From Oopsacas minuta (taxonomy: Eukaryota > Animalia > Porifera), in assembly GCA_024704765.1 (NCBI GenBank), contig JAKMXF010000055.1, forward strand, positions 256,353 through 320,352: a DNA stretch of 64,000 bases. The letters run 5' to 3'. The number at the start of each line of letters is the position of its first letter. The stretch's first letter is position 1. Of this stretch, positions 34,601 through 47,770 are shown in pieces. The notes under the pieces were generated by a model. It had not been told where the DNA came from, made no database searches, and saw only the letters and a program-made list of their open reading frames with translations. Made by a program: the position numbers and the translations under genes.

Positions 34601-37502
34601 CACGGGTACCTGAAAAATATTATGGCAAAAAAATGAGGTCGTTGAGATTTTTTCACTTTCTTGTACAGAATTTTATGAGGAATCCGAATATACACTCCAA
34701 AAAGTTTTCCTACCATTAAATTCTTTTTACAGATTATACAAAAATTTATGAAATCAAAAAAATTCTGGCTAAAATAATTTTGACATATCCCCATTTTTAA
34801 TATATTATCGTGATTCTTCCCTGATATACTTCTTTCTAGAATTCAATTTAATTACTAGTTACCTAATAGAATTGATGTTTTTAACAAATTCCTATCCAAA
34901 ATGTCATTACCATGGCAACAAAATGAAACGTAGGAATTTACGCAACAGTTTTCAATCTAGCTAAGTAGTACTTGTATGATATTACATTTAGGATATATAC
35001 GTGTAATTATTGATGCTTAACCTTAACTTAACCAATTATTTTTATTCCTAATATAATGTAGAACATGACCTAGCTTACCATACTATGATTTATTTATGAA
35101 ATTGACGAAGTTTACATCTGATACTGTGTTTAATAAGCACTTTGGAAATTTTTCATTTTCCTCTTGACATTTATATCTTGCCTCCCAAACTCTACCAAAT
35201 CTAGAATGGGCAGATTCAAATGCTTGTTCTGAAACTGATCCCAAACCCATTCCATCTGGAAGATAATTCGTGATAAACGGAATTAGGTGCCTACATAGAA
35301 CATGAACTTTGTAGAACAAGAAAGTCCTGATTGTTTAAATGATTGTTCAAATTGATATACTGCAATTTTGAAATCTCCCTTTATGTGTTTCCCGAAGCAA
35401 GAATCAAGAACATCCCTGAATTTTACAAGCGTGATATAAGACGAATTACTCTTTGGAAACCCCGAGTTCCAATACCTCCTTTGTGATTTTCCTCATTGCA
35501 TTACCTTCAAATGCTCCTCCATGGTAAGCACTTCTATGAATATTCAGTTTTTTTAGTATTGCTTCATGGTGTTCTTTTTCGTCCTCAGACATTATGATGA
35601 GGATGGCATCGTATAACTTCTGTCCTATCCCAAGTAACAGATGTAACTTGGGAAGATTAAACATTTGCATGAAATCTACCAGCCATACATTTAGTGCTTG
35701 GCGATCCTCAATACAATCGCAGTCAATTGCATGATTCTTAGAATCTCCCTGATACATATCTTGAAGATTTTGAAACATCTCTAGATGGTGAGCAGATGAT
35801 CGTTCTTCCCACTGAACACTGTCTAAACCCCTTCTATTGTCCCAAGTACACCATATACAAGGGTGACGCCCGTTCATTATTCCCAAGCAATAACTAGCAG
35901 CTTTCAAATCTACCGTAAATGAAACGTTGTATTTTTCCATCAGCCGTTTTATCTGGTAATCTTGAAGCATAACGGAGAAGTTATAATTACACTCAGGGGC
36001 ACTCGTAACCCATAGATAAACCAGGTTATCGACAGAATTATCATTCTGTAGACACATAAGTAGTTTAGTGAAACCACGACCAAAGTCTAATCCAAGCTTG
36101 AAATGAAGATCTTGTACCGATATTTCTCCGCTGATATTAAAGATCTTTTCTATCAGGGCATCGATATTGCAACATCTCACTATCCAGGAGTTCCTATATT
36201 CTGACTTGTATTTCTCTTTACTATAGTCCAGCTCAATCTGGATGCATTCGAATATTTCGTCGCACAACAAATGTCGTTCTCTATAGTAGCTATCCATTGA
36301 TGGACATGGTACTCCAACATCTCTAATAATTCGAGTTACTACCTTTAACTGCTTATTAGACAATGACATTCCTGAACACTTCAAATTCGCAATGTGAGAG
36401 AAATCCATTTTTGGTAATTTGCTGGACGTTCGTCAGTACTGGAAGAGGAGACATAAAGATGAAACGGATTCCCACCTGAAGTTTTAGGCAACTGAATTGA
36501 AGATTTGTTGTGGCTACATTCATGTAATCTTTGGTATACATTATCACCAACGAATGTATCAATAGCGTTATGGTGTTCCAACATATTATGTGCGTTGGTA
36601 ATCAATGTCTTTTTCAAACAGATATGACTAACACGACTCGCACATTTGTTGCATATCTTGTTCATCTTTTGAGGTGAATTGATTGTTGGTCTTCCTGGCT
36701 TTATATGGATTATCGAAGATGAAGCTTGATTCTTGCGACCGAACCTTGAAGTCTCGGCACACATTGAACATAAGTTCCCAATGCGGCAGGTGTTTAAGCG
36801 CGTGTTACGAATTATGGGCCAATCATATCGTGCGGGTGTTTTCCTCGTCGTATCCCCTGAAGACAGAGTGAACAAGTAGAGCTTACAAGTATTACACACG
36901 ATATAAGGGCGATTATCTTCTAAAATATTGATTGGTTCCAAATATTGGTTGTATAATTCACCTAACTTAGTGTCCTTTAGGTGATTATTCCTCAAAACAA
37001 TTTTGCCAACTTTCGAACAACACCAGCGACAAATTCTAGTTTTTGCATGTTCATGTTTCGTTTCTTCACTCATTTGCTTTAACTGAATTAATCATCAATT
37101 ACACGTATATATCCTAAATGTAATAACTTACAAGTACTACCTAGCTCGATTGAAAACTATTGCGTAAATTCCTACGTTTCATTTTGTTGCCATGGTAATG
37201 ACATTTTGGATAGGAATTTGTTAAAAACATCAATTCTATTAGGTAACTAGTAATTAAATTGAATTCTAGAAAGAAATATATCAGGGAAGAATCACGATAA
37301 TATATTAAAAATGGGGATATGTCAAAATTATTTTAGCCAAAATTTTTTTGATTTCATAAATTTTTGTATAATCTGTAAAAAGAATTTATGGTAGGAAAAT
37401 TTTTTGGAGTGTATATTCGGATTCCTCATAAAATTCTGTACAAGAAAGTGAAAAAATCTCAACGACCTCATTTTTTGTCATAATGTGTTTCAGTTACCCG
37501 TG
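34601..37502 (-). mobile_element. Chapaev (CMC superfamily) DNA transposon, full length
   Basis: About 410-bp TIRs starting CACGGGT; 4-bp direct repeat ATAT on both flanks; one internal transposase. Confidence 0.85.
35083..37073 (-). pseudogene. Chapaev transposase with N-terminal Chapa (RAG1-N-terminus-like) zinc domain, three frameshifts
   Basis: H..TRICRWC..RPYIVCNTC..W..CSMC, then LGLDFGRGF, VDLKAA..HPCIWC, LHLLLG, YHGGAFEGN, KVHVL, GLGSVSEQAFESAH. Confidence 0.85.
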
Positions 37503-38129
37503 ATATCATATACTTATCAGGTATTATATACATTGGGCAACTAAGCCTAGAATTCTCATTAACAATTCGAGAACTACTGTTTTGATGCAAAATGTTTATT
37601 GCAGAAATCAGCCCAATAGAAGTTATGTCACCAATAATTGTAGATTGTACATAATACGTATTTTACAATACCTATTATGCGTAATACGTCTTCATAGAAT
37701 GATTTATTAAACAACTTAACCACTGAGTATACTGATAGTTACTGATAATTTTGATAGAAAAATATTCATCATTAGTTTCATATTTTGTTCGAATTGTCTT
37801 TATTTTGGCATGTAACGCTATAAATGGTCCGGGTGCCATTAAAATTGATTAAATCCTTGAATGCGCTACTAAGCCAATACGAAATAATATCCATCCTGTT
37901 ATAGGATGTCCTTTCTCAAGTCTGACTAAAGTGATCTAGTATATTTGGATAAGTCAGAGAATACATATTTTCTTAACGAAGCTTATAAAGTCCAGTACTT
38001 TGAACTTTTCATGTATGCAAGTCTGGCAGCTGATATTGTAACTCTTCACCCATACAATATACTACAAGTGTATTAATAGCAATAGATCAGAATTAAAATA
38101 TATTAAAGTCCTACCGATTTATTACTAAT

Positions 38130-38678
38130 ATGTATAACTATCAAGGTAATCCTCAATTGCAATACCCCTCTCAAATAAGTTCCGCTCCTCCTCCACCATA
38201 TAACCCTACTGTCGTTCAATATCCGACACAACCTGTTTCAATACCATCTGTAGTACCTTATATCCCTGTAAACCAGCCTCAGGCCTATCAACAATTACAA
38301 GATGATGATATTCCAAGAAATGAAGCTAGGCAATCAAAACTATTTCCGACAAGAAGAGAGAGAGCTCATCATGTAACAGAAATCATGGACTTTGAGCCCG
38401 TGGTAGTTGGGCCATGTCTCTGGGTGTTGATAATAACAGGATTATTCTGTTGTTTTATTCTCGGCATATTTGCATTAGTTTTTGCAGCTTTGGCTTGCTT
38501 CAAAGAGTATTCAGGACGAATTGGTACAGCAATTAGACTCGCAAAGGCTGCGCGGGTTATATCTGTCCTATCGATAATTATGGGTATGGTGATTATCACA
38601 GTAAATCTACTGCTAGAGTTTACTGTACCTCAAGACTACTCCAAATATCTGTGGGACGGCTGGCATCAAGGAGAATAA
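38130..38678 (+). CDS. CD225/dispanin family membrane protein (PRRT/IFITM-related) with Pro-rich N-terminus
   Basis: LFCCFILGIFALVFA..G....AIRLAKAARVISVLSIIMG matches the CD225 domain architecture; N-terminal PPPY motif. Confidence 0.8.
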   Translation: MYNYQGNPQLQYPSQISSAPPPPYNPTVVQYPTQPVSIPSVVPYIPVNQPQAYQQLQDDDIPRNEARQSKLFPTRRERAHHVTEIMDFEPVVVGPCLWVLIITGLFCCFILGIFALVFAALACFKEYSGRIGTAIRLAKAARVISVLSIIMGMVIITVNLLLEFTVPQDYSKYLWDGWHQGE

Positions 38679-41600
38679 AAATTGGTAACGTATCTGATTT
38701 TCTCACTATAAATGAATGTAGTATATTGACTCAATAGCCAATCTAAAGAATGTATAAAAATACAGAATAAATACTCATCTATTTCACTATGTAAACATAA
38801 ATTCTTGTATGTTTTTTGTTGTCAAGCAAATGATTTTTGGTCTGTAATTTTGTAGGTAGTAGAATTCCGCTATTCTGGGATGTCGTATAACTATATAGGT
38901 ATTATGATAGTCATTAGGGAAGCTTCTTTAGAAGATGCCCTAATGTTAAGGACGCTGTGCGAAGGACGTTCATCTGGCCGATGAAGTAGTTGAATACTCC
39001 ATCGCGACGTTCAGGTCCAATTGAACGTAGCTTTTGATCAAAAGTTGTAATTACATTAGGTATTAAAATGCCGCTCTCCAATTCTTAGAAACTGATTTTT
39101 GGTAACAAGTAATAACTTTATGTGCCTCTCACAAAATACAAGATAAATATGGTTTAATAATACAATTGGAACATCTATATAGTCTGCCTATTGCACGCGT
39201 TACATGATGTTCATCAGAGTATCCAACCACAAGGATTATGATACCAGATACCACATGCCTTAAATTTGAGCATGTAGATATTCCAAACTTCTGGGATGTT
39301 ACAAGTGCTGTGAAGATCAACGTTTACCAATTTTTGTTGTTGTATTCGAATCCTACCCACTGTTGTATGGCTAGACAGGATTTCAGTGAATAAGGTTATA
39401 CGTCGATTTCAAATACACTGACCAAGGTGGTCGTGCATTTTATATTGAACCCGTAGCATTTTGTACACCTATAGCTTTCCTGTTGTTGCATCCGTTCAAT
39501 AGAGCATGTTAACTTATTTCTTTGATAATAAATCTGCACAAGTTGAATTTCTACTATTTCAGAAGTCTCTTCAAAGAAGGAACCGTCGTACCGAGAAACT
39601 TGACCACCCTTATTTGCACATTATACCAACCAATGGTCACGAGGTGCGTCATTATGTATTGGGATGCAATTGCGGGTGTAAAGTCCATACTCAATCTGTC
39701 CCTCGATGATATTTTGAAGGCCAAGAAGTTTAGGGAATTGATAAGTAAGATGAGCTAAATAATAATTGTGCAATACAAAATGTGAATAAATTAAGTCAGT
39801 ATTGATAAAACGTTCATTCAGTCAAAATTTGAATTTTAACTCTCCACAAGGGTTGCCGTAGGATTAGGATGGGAATGAGAATCGTAGTAAGATAATCTTG
39901 AATGTCCATTTCCAGTCCTAAATTGCTACTGTTGACAATATCTTGATAGGTACAGGGCTGTGAAAATAAATCCTGTGAGGAGTATAATTGCTAATTGGTC
40001 ATGTAAAATTAGCATTGAGTGAAGAAAATAATATTCGAAAGAAGATAATAAACCAGTACTCCACAGGGAAAATCGCGCAAACTTTAGATCATGATTGGCT
40101 AGAGGAAATTTTGAAATATTCATTTTGATCGGCTGCAGATCCGAATTGGCCGGCCGTCGGATGCCAAATTGGCGTTTTGGGCGGCCAGCCGGCCGGTCAA
40201 AACGCTTAGGGGGAACACTGCTAGTGTCTGCTTACATCCTGGTTGTTGGTAAGTGTATTTAGGGGAAGCGATTAGCTAGCTAAGTTTATACATATATAAT
40301 AATTAATCACAACAGGTTTTTGATCAAATTAGTTAATGTCTAATCGATGATTATGTGCATTTAGCTCACAGATTGAACGGTAGTGAAGAAATTTACATTA
40401 TATATGTGTTAAGCTTGCCCCTGGATGTTGTAAAGATGTCTGGCTACCTCTTGGTTAGTTGTTTGAGTTTGGGATAGATATATACCTGCTGCATGGGATT
40501 CTGATCGGACTCATTAATGCCCTCTAATAAATAAAACTTTGAATTGCCATAACTCTGTGAGTTTTCAATATTTTTAATGAAATTGAATTTACATAAACGT
40601 TCATATGGCACAAATGTATGTACAAATTTTCAGAATCAAATTCTAACTTTAAAGTGGTTTATTTTAATGAATTTATAAAAATTAAAAAATTTTGCACTAA
40701 ATTCATATTGTGTAAAATATTCAACTCTTCTCTATCGAATGAGATTAATTTCATAAAATCTGATAAGTTGAAGTGGGTTAAATTAGTGACTGAATTATAC
40801 ATGGTCGAATAGTCAGCTAACTTCACACTAGGTAATACAAATATTTATCTTCAATTTAGCAATTCTCATTAATACATTAGTGCAATACTAATTCTTTATC
40901 AGAGCTTGAAGTTTATTCAATTGTTTGGTGAACCAGAAATTATTTGCTTTTCATTCAAAATGTAAATGTAAGCAATTAGACATGCCTCGGATTCTGGATC
41001 CGGCGCATCCCTATATGTGGGGTAACAGTAGGTTCTTATTCAGGAGCGGATTAGAGTCTCGTGGCAATCCGGGAAAAAGTCCTAAAAACTGCCCATAGCC
41101 ATTGTCAGGTTCCGGTCCAGTGAACTAACTAAATGAAATTATTTGAGGGTAGATCCGTGCACAAATTTTTGTGGTTCAATAGCACTAGAAATGTGTATAG
41201 TAAAATATTGTTCAGCGTCCAAGAGATAGAAAACGAATAGTTGCAGGGGTGTTTTCGGGTTGTCCGCGGGGGAGCCCTCTACTTCTGTTCCTGGCCCCGT
41301 TTTCACTGAGTTTTTATAAGAAAAGGGTAAACTTGAATACGTGCGCCACACCTACTTCGATTTTGGCAAACCACCACATAAGAGTTGGAAGGTATGCATT
41401 CATTATCTAATTGTTCTCGGAAAACATTAAGTGCCCCAATGGTACATTGGATAGTGATCATACCTGCTAACCTTCTAGGGGAGTCTTTTCTAGCATAACC
41501 ACTGTCCACAATCCAGGTTCATAATCTTTATTTCATAACATGTCGCAAATATTTCTTCGTTGTCATCCGTCTTCAAAGCATGTTCTCTCTCATCCAGTAT

Positions 41601-42811
41601 AATGAGCGAGCGTAGTGATTGATCGGAAATTTATTGTTTGAACTCTCTTCAAATGTCCAGGGGAAATATCCATTTTTTGTAGGGAATACAAGCCTTTTGT
41701 CCAAGGATAAGTTTGACAAATTTTGTCAGGTTTGGGTGAAACAAACACTAGACAGGGAGATTTAATAACTAACATCTCCAGTTAGGGTCTGCTGCAGACA
41801 CTACGATCCCTATCAAACAGGCCCACCGGGAACTTCCCGATGTTCGCCGGGCCAATTCGCCCCTGTTCATATTCCGCAATTCGTTTTAGTGCAGCTCCTA
41901 TAAGAAGATGCGCTAATGGCATGGATAATATGCACGACGTCCGTCCGTGCAGCCGTGCGAAATCTAGCAGTTCAATTAACATGAAAGTTGGCATATATGT
42001 ACATTTGGGTACCCCCATACGGGAATATATCCGGGTATAATCAGGGGTGTAGTGTAGGGGTAGCGGGGTGAGCGGCGCTCCTTCACTTTAGCTTGATTAT
42101 TGTTATTATATTTTAATAAAGGTAGATTAAGTTTTCCGGAGTTGTCCTTTCGTACTCTAGTCAACTCCGCTTAATGGAGTACATCGGCTCCAGGCCATTT
42201 CCAACCAATTAAGCGGATTAAACGCGTTGGCCCGGTCTCCGGAATTATTTAACATCGCACTGCACTGTTTTGGCAAGTGATCCTATCAACCGTGGCAATT
42301 GAGCATATTCTGGACCATTATAACAACGGTGCAATTGGGCTTTGCCATATTGTCTCTCAATAAGTAATGGCCTCTACACCTGCAGTCATGTGAAATTCCA
42401 TGAAAGATTATTCGTTATTTTTCAACTTACTCTCGGATGTGGCAAAGAGTAGTAAAAGGGACCTAGAATTCAATACTTATGCTTTTAGACCTTTATTTAA
42501 TATAGAATCCTTTGTCAAGAATGGATTGCGGAGAGTATTTTTAGTTTATATTACTCGTAATGTGGATTACAACATGTTTCGTTGATATACAAATAACTCT
42601 GTTTTACCAATTTTTGCCTAATATATTCTTTTATAAGCGCTCCCCCACTAGAAATTTGAGCACTACACTCCTAGGTATAATGATTAATGAATATAATGTG
42701 GGCTACCCAAGGATAGTGTTTCTCCAAAGCGCGTTAAGCACGTCATTTCAATGCCCATTAAAGCGCTTAATATCTAGCTGCGTTAAAATGAGACTCGTTG
42801 ATATGTGGAGG

Positions 42812-43634
42812 CATGGCCTACTATATACACGGCTAGCTAAGCAAAGAATTGCGAAAATAATATCCAGGCCATTGATTATATTCTGTTTGATCATGAAGGA
42901 TTACAGTTATCATTACAATTTCAACTGTAAATAGGATTCCATATACGACGGAGACATCTAGAATACTTTTGAACCTGCTATCCTAGTTATTTTAACCACA
43001 ATGACGTAATCAAAGTTTATGCCCATATATGGTATTTTTTTTCATTTTCATCAATTTTTCAGAAACTCTCAAAACTTAAACTAATCCTTTTTATCAAAAT
43101 ACCTTCTACTTGTCATATGTTAGTTTAAGTAACCAAACGATGATCTTCATTTTCATAAACTCTCGTTAAATAATCATTCTTTGTGATATTCACAGTAAAA
43201 ACTGCATTAAAGTCAATCCTAGAAAATCGAAGAAATTCCATCAAAAATATGTATGCGAACACAAAATAAGTCATAATTGTTTACCATTTTTATAAGTTTA
43301 TTTTTATACAGTCTTTCTATTGTGTTTTTGTGCTAAGTTAATACGAATCATGATTCATTTCATGGGATTTGTGGGTTTTTCGCTAATATTGGTATTTATT
43401 AGTAAAATAATTACCATTATTGAAGGTGAACTTTGATTGCTTCATTGTGGTTAAAATAACTTAGAAAGAAGGTCCAAAAGTATTCTAGATGTCTCCGTCG
43501 TATGTGGAATCCTATTTACAGTTGAATTTATAATGATAACTGCAATTCTTCATGATCAAAGAGAATTTATTCAATTGCCTGAAAATTAATTGGGGAATTC
43601 TTTGCTTAGCTAGCCGTGTATATAGTAGGCCGTG
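42812..43634. mobile_element. Non-autonomous P-like fold-back element
   Basis: Termini CA(T/C)GGCCTACTATATACACGGCTAGCTAAGCAAAGAATT; imperfect inverted arms of about 180 bp; perfect 7-bp TSD GTGGAGG. Confidence 0.88.
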
Positions 43635-44019
43635 GTGGAGGCCTTACTCAATACCAATAATTTGCGCTCTACAAACATCTGTGGGAAACACTGGGCTAGG
43701 ATATACCCGGATATAATCTGTCCTAAGTCCTAACCCAGATCATACCCTGGGTACTAGTGAACCAGGGGCGCCTGCAGGATTAAAAATGATGTAGGCACAA
43801 TATGAAATGAATCACAAACTTGGGCCGCAGGACGGTAGAATACATTATGACTATTTAGTTCCTTTATTCAGTGTTGGTGGATATTTCAACGATTAAATAA
43901 CAATACAAAGACATTTGAAGAAAATTACTAGTGAAGATGGCCATGCCATGGTAAATAGCTGACAAAGATATGCTGTCAAACAAAGGCTAAAAAGCACAAA
44001 CTTATACTTAATTTATTAC

Positions 44020-44300
44020 TTAATCAAAAGTAACAATAATTCTCCTGTGCCTTGAGGAATCAAAGTTTTCCAATACATCGTTCGAGTTTATTCGAACATC
44101 CTTGTGGACATGCATTTGAGCGAGTCCTGTGAGTCTGTCATCTGACATTATTGATCTCATGCATGTTTTCAACCTGCGTAGTGCACTGAAGCATCGCTCC
44201 ACTGAGGTTGTGGACACAGGCATAGTAAGAAAGACGCGGCTGATCACATGAAGATTCGGGAAGAACTGATGTGTTACCACAGTAGATTTCACTTCGGATT
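44020..44300 (-). pseudogene. hAT C-terminal dimerisation (hATC) domain remnant
   Basis: FPNLHVI..TMPVSTTSVERCFSALRRLKTCMRS.MSDDRL; bounded upstream by a (CA)n tract. Confidence 0.85.
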
Positions 44301-44420
44301 CCAACTGTTCACATACACACACACATACACACACCCTCACAATAATTGAGTTTTAATAATATTAGATATTTAACCATGGATGGGAAGATTTCCTTTATAT
44401 GATTGTATGTTATTCAAGGT

Positions 44421-44559
44421 CAGCGGTTCCCAGCCTTTTTCACCGTGGACCCCCTAAATCAATTTTCACACATTCTGTGGACCCATTTACATACTGCAAT
44501 AGCCAATATATCCTGTGGACCACCAAGGGGGTCAATGGGCCCAAGGTTGGGAACCCCTG
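44421..44559. mobile_element. Charlie/Buster-type hAT MITE
   Basis: TIR CAG(C/G)GGTTCCCA(G/A)CCT; 8-bp flanks TTCAAGGT and TTCTAGGT (7 of 8 identical). Confidence 0.8.
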
Positions 44560-45289
44560 TTCTAGGTCATATAGAGAGAGTTTGGAATTATCCGCCATGC
44601 GTAAATTCTCCCAAATTTGTTCTAATTTACATATATAAATTCATTTATAATTCTGAGAACACAAAATACATTATATATCGTCCTAATTCTATATTATTCA
44701 ATCTCCATTGTCCTTTGTCCGTTGTCAAGGATAGTGTATATGGTATGCGATATTGAAATAGTATTTCGCAATCCTGGGATATCCGTACAGTTGATTCCAC
44801 TTAATCGGGACGCTATTGTTCCAAGCAAATGTGTCACAATAAAGATGAATTCCCGATTAACCGAAAATGAATTATATCATATCTATGGGCTCGGACCAAA
44901 TCCTTAGTTAGGTAACTGTCCCATTGACCACGATAAACCATTATACATGTATGTTGAGTATCTATTGAGAAAGATAATAGTTTTGGCACGGCATCGTGCA
45001 CGAATAAATAATGATAATATAGACACCCATTTCAAAACAGGGCAACTATATTATATACAGTAGTCTGCATAGAATTGTTACCTGATAAACAATCATTATC
45101 TGACAGGAGCACGTCAATGACAATGAAACAAGTTTAATCGTATCAAAGTATTATAGTATCGATGAAGAGTGCATATGTTTCTATTGAAAAGGTTAAATTG
45201 GAAAGACACATAGGTATAACCATAGCATTCTATACACTAAGGCAATGGTACTGATTGATGGACTTGGACCAGGGATACGTCAAGTCAGT

Positions 45290-45830
45290 GCCAAGGAAGA
45301 GGAGTATGCATTAGTTCGAATTTTAAGGTTGTCATTAGTTAGAATTTTCTGAATTGTAACAAGTTCGAATCGATTTTCTGACTGTTGTCACAAGTTAGAA
45401 TGGATTTTTAGATTATTATCACAAGTTTAAAAACAAAATATCCATGGTCCGCCATTCTGCAGACTTTACTAATAATTAGTCCAACAAAAGTCCATTCAAA
45501 CACAAAATTACTATGAAGTCCACATATCGCCCCTGGGTAGCTTAATAACGAGTACAAATGAAAACTCCCAGTTTCATAAGGTAGTGAACTAAATCCCTAA
45601 TCCCCTCCCAATGGTACGGGTTTATAATTATTAGAATAAAAAGTTTTTGCCGGGCCTCGTTTTGCCACGCGATATCTCGGAAAAGTAGATTCTGACTTGT
45701 GACAACAGTCTGAATTCGATTCGAACATATTACAATAAACTAAAAATAGATTCTAACTTGTTAGAATTCAGAAAATTCTATCTTATTACAACCTTAAAAT
45801 TCGAACTAAAGCAGCGCCCCACCAAGGAAT
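45290..45830. mobile_element. MULE-derived MITE with inverted arms built of ~31-bp subrepeats
   Basis: 45305..45420 is inverted relative to 45690..45810; units resemble 16985..17150. Confidence 0.6.
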
Positions 45831-45960
45831 TCTTTTAGTTGCAATAACTTTTAAACGTTATATTTTGGCCTAAATAAATGTCTTATTGATATTTGACATC
45901 ACTCGCAGTCTACATAAACAAACTATTTGTCAGATAAAGTTCGCGGGTTCCAGAGTTGTA

Positions 45961-47256
45961 CGAGGGGCACTCGAAAAGTTTTGTCGTTTATATACTTATA
46001 TAATAGGTATTACATATTATATGGTCACATTTTTTCAAAATATTCACCCTGACACTCTATACACCTTTTCATGCGTTTAAACCAGTATCAAAGCACATTT
46101 TCCATTCTTCTTTGGGTATCTCCTCAATTGCTAAGAAAAGTGCCCCGGTCAACTCTTCATTGCTGAAAAATCTCCTCCCACGAAGTTGATCTTTCAGCTT
46201 TGGGAATAACCAAAAATCGCAAGGGGCTAGATCTGGACTGTAGGGTGGGTGGGGTAGCGTTCCGATCCTATAATTCTCTAAAAACTCACGAGTTCTTAGT
46301 ACTGTATATGTGATGAAGCAGGATTCCTCGGACACCTGACTTCTCACGTTGTTTTTCGATAGCACTGAATACTTTCGGAAGACATATTGTGGTATACCAA
46401 TCAGCGGTGACTGTCTTCCTATCCTCAAGTGCAATTCCTTCAACAAATCCACTACGTCTAAAGAAAATCGCCCACATCTGCTTTCCGACTGATCTAATTC
46501 TCCGGACCTTTGTTGGAGGTAAACCACCTTCTTCGACCCACTCCTTAGATTATCTCTTCGTTTCTGGATCATAGTGGTATATCCATGTCTCATCGCCTGT
46601 GAGTATTTCGGAAACAGCTCTAGAAGTTCCATTAACAAATCTTTTAAGCATAATTGAGCAAAAGTCAACTCGGCACTTTTTCTGATCAGACCACAGAGAA
46701 TGCGAGATCCAACGTGCACATAACTTTCTAAGACCGAGCTCTTTATGTAAGATGACGTTTATAACCCCCGATGACAATTTGGTTTCATGTTCTAACTGAG
46801 CGTAAGTAACATGAGGGTCTTTTGTTACTTCGTCCAATACCAGCTCTACATTTTCGACCGTGTGTGTAATACTGGGCCTACCAGGATGGGGGCCATCTTC
46901 AAGAATAAAATTTCCATGAATAAACTCTTGAGTACCATCACTCTACTGTTCTCAAACAAGGAGCTATAATTGGGAAGTGCTTCTGCAAAGTTTCGTGTAT
47001 TTCCAAACGGCTCTTCTCAAGTTTGAACAAAATTAAAATCATCGCTCTAAAATCGCGTTTTGCGAGGTCAGATTCTGGTTGAGGAATCATACAAGCTATA
47101 GCTTTTAGAAATCAATCAATTCGAAAAGTACAAAGGATAAGCTGATGAAATTTGTTGTGTAGGTAAATAATATGCGTCTAAATATATATAAAATAATTTT
47201 ATTAGAAAATACTTGTGGTTTAATAACAAACGACTAAACTTTTCGAGTGCCCTTCG
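45961..47256 (-). mobile_element. mariner transposon, full length but decayed
   Basis: TIRs CGA(G/A)GGGCACTCGAAAAGTTT, TA flanks; GDETWIY and YSPDLAPCDFWLF in broken frames. Confidence 0.92.
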
Positions 47257-47259
47257 TAG

Positions 47260-47770
47260 TAGTGACCATGGATGGCATATTTTGACCAATATTCATCAAT
47301 AACCAACCTCCAATGCTATGGCCAAATCATCAAACAGACATGTAGTATATACTCGACTTCCCATACCCTGATAATACATTTTGATATGATATCTCTGATG
47401 GTTATGACGCAATATTGAAATGACCATATATAGCATTATATTGATGACTCCGCAATATTCTTTCGAGATATCGTATCACAATCTATTATCAGGGTATGGG
47501 AAGTCGAGTACAGTAGAGTCTCGTTAATACGAACACAGTTAAGGCGTACTCCGGAAAAGGAGTACAAATTTGTCCACTTTATCAGCCCCCTTCGATGCCT
47601 TTTCAATGTAAATTAGTTCGGAAAAATACGTACTCTGGATAAGGATTTTAGCGTTCCCTGGTTAACGAGAGTCTACAGTATATACCACATGTCTGTTTGA
47701 TGATTTGGCTATAGAATTGGAGGTCAAGTTATTGGTGAATATTGCAAAATATGCTATCCATGGTCACTAC
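47260..47770. mobile_element. Palindromic MITE (~95-bp arms) with two further MITEs in its centre
   Basis: Arms TAGTGACCATGGAT..ACAGACATGT; inner elements at about 47350..47510 (CTCGACTTCCCATACCCTGATAA termini) and about 47512..47678 (CAGTAGAGTCTCGTTAA terminus). Confidence 0.7.

Noticed and set aside
41139-41775. Minus-strand ORF fragments that faintly resemble a piggyBac C-terminus
   Set aside because: Too many stops, no diagnostic motif, and no TTAA-flanked TIRs found.
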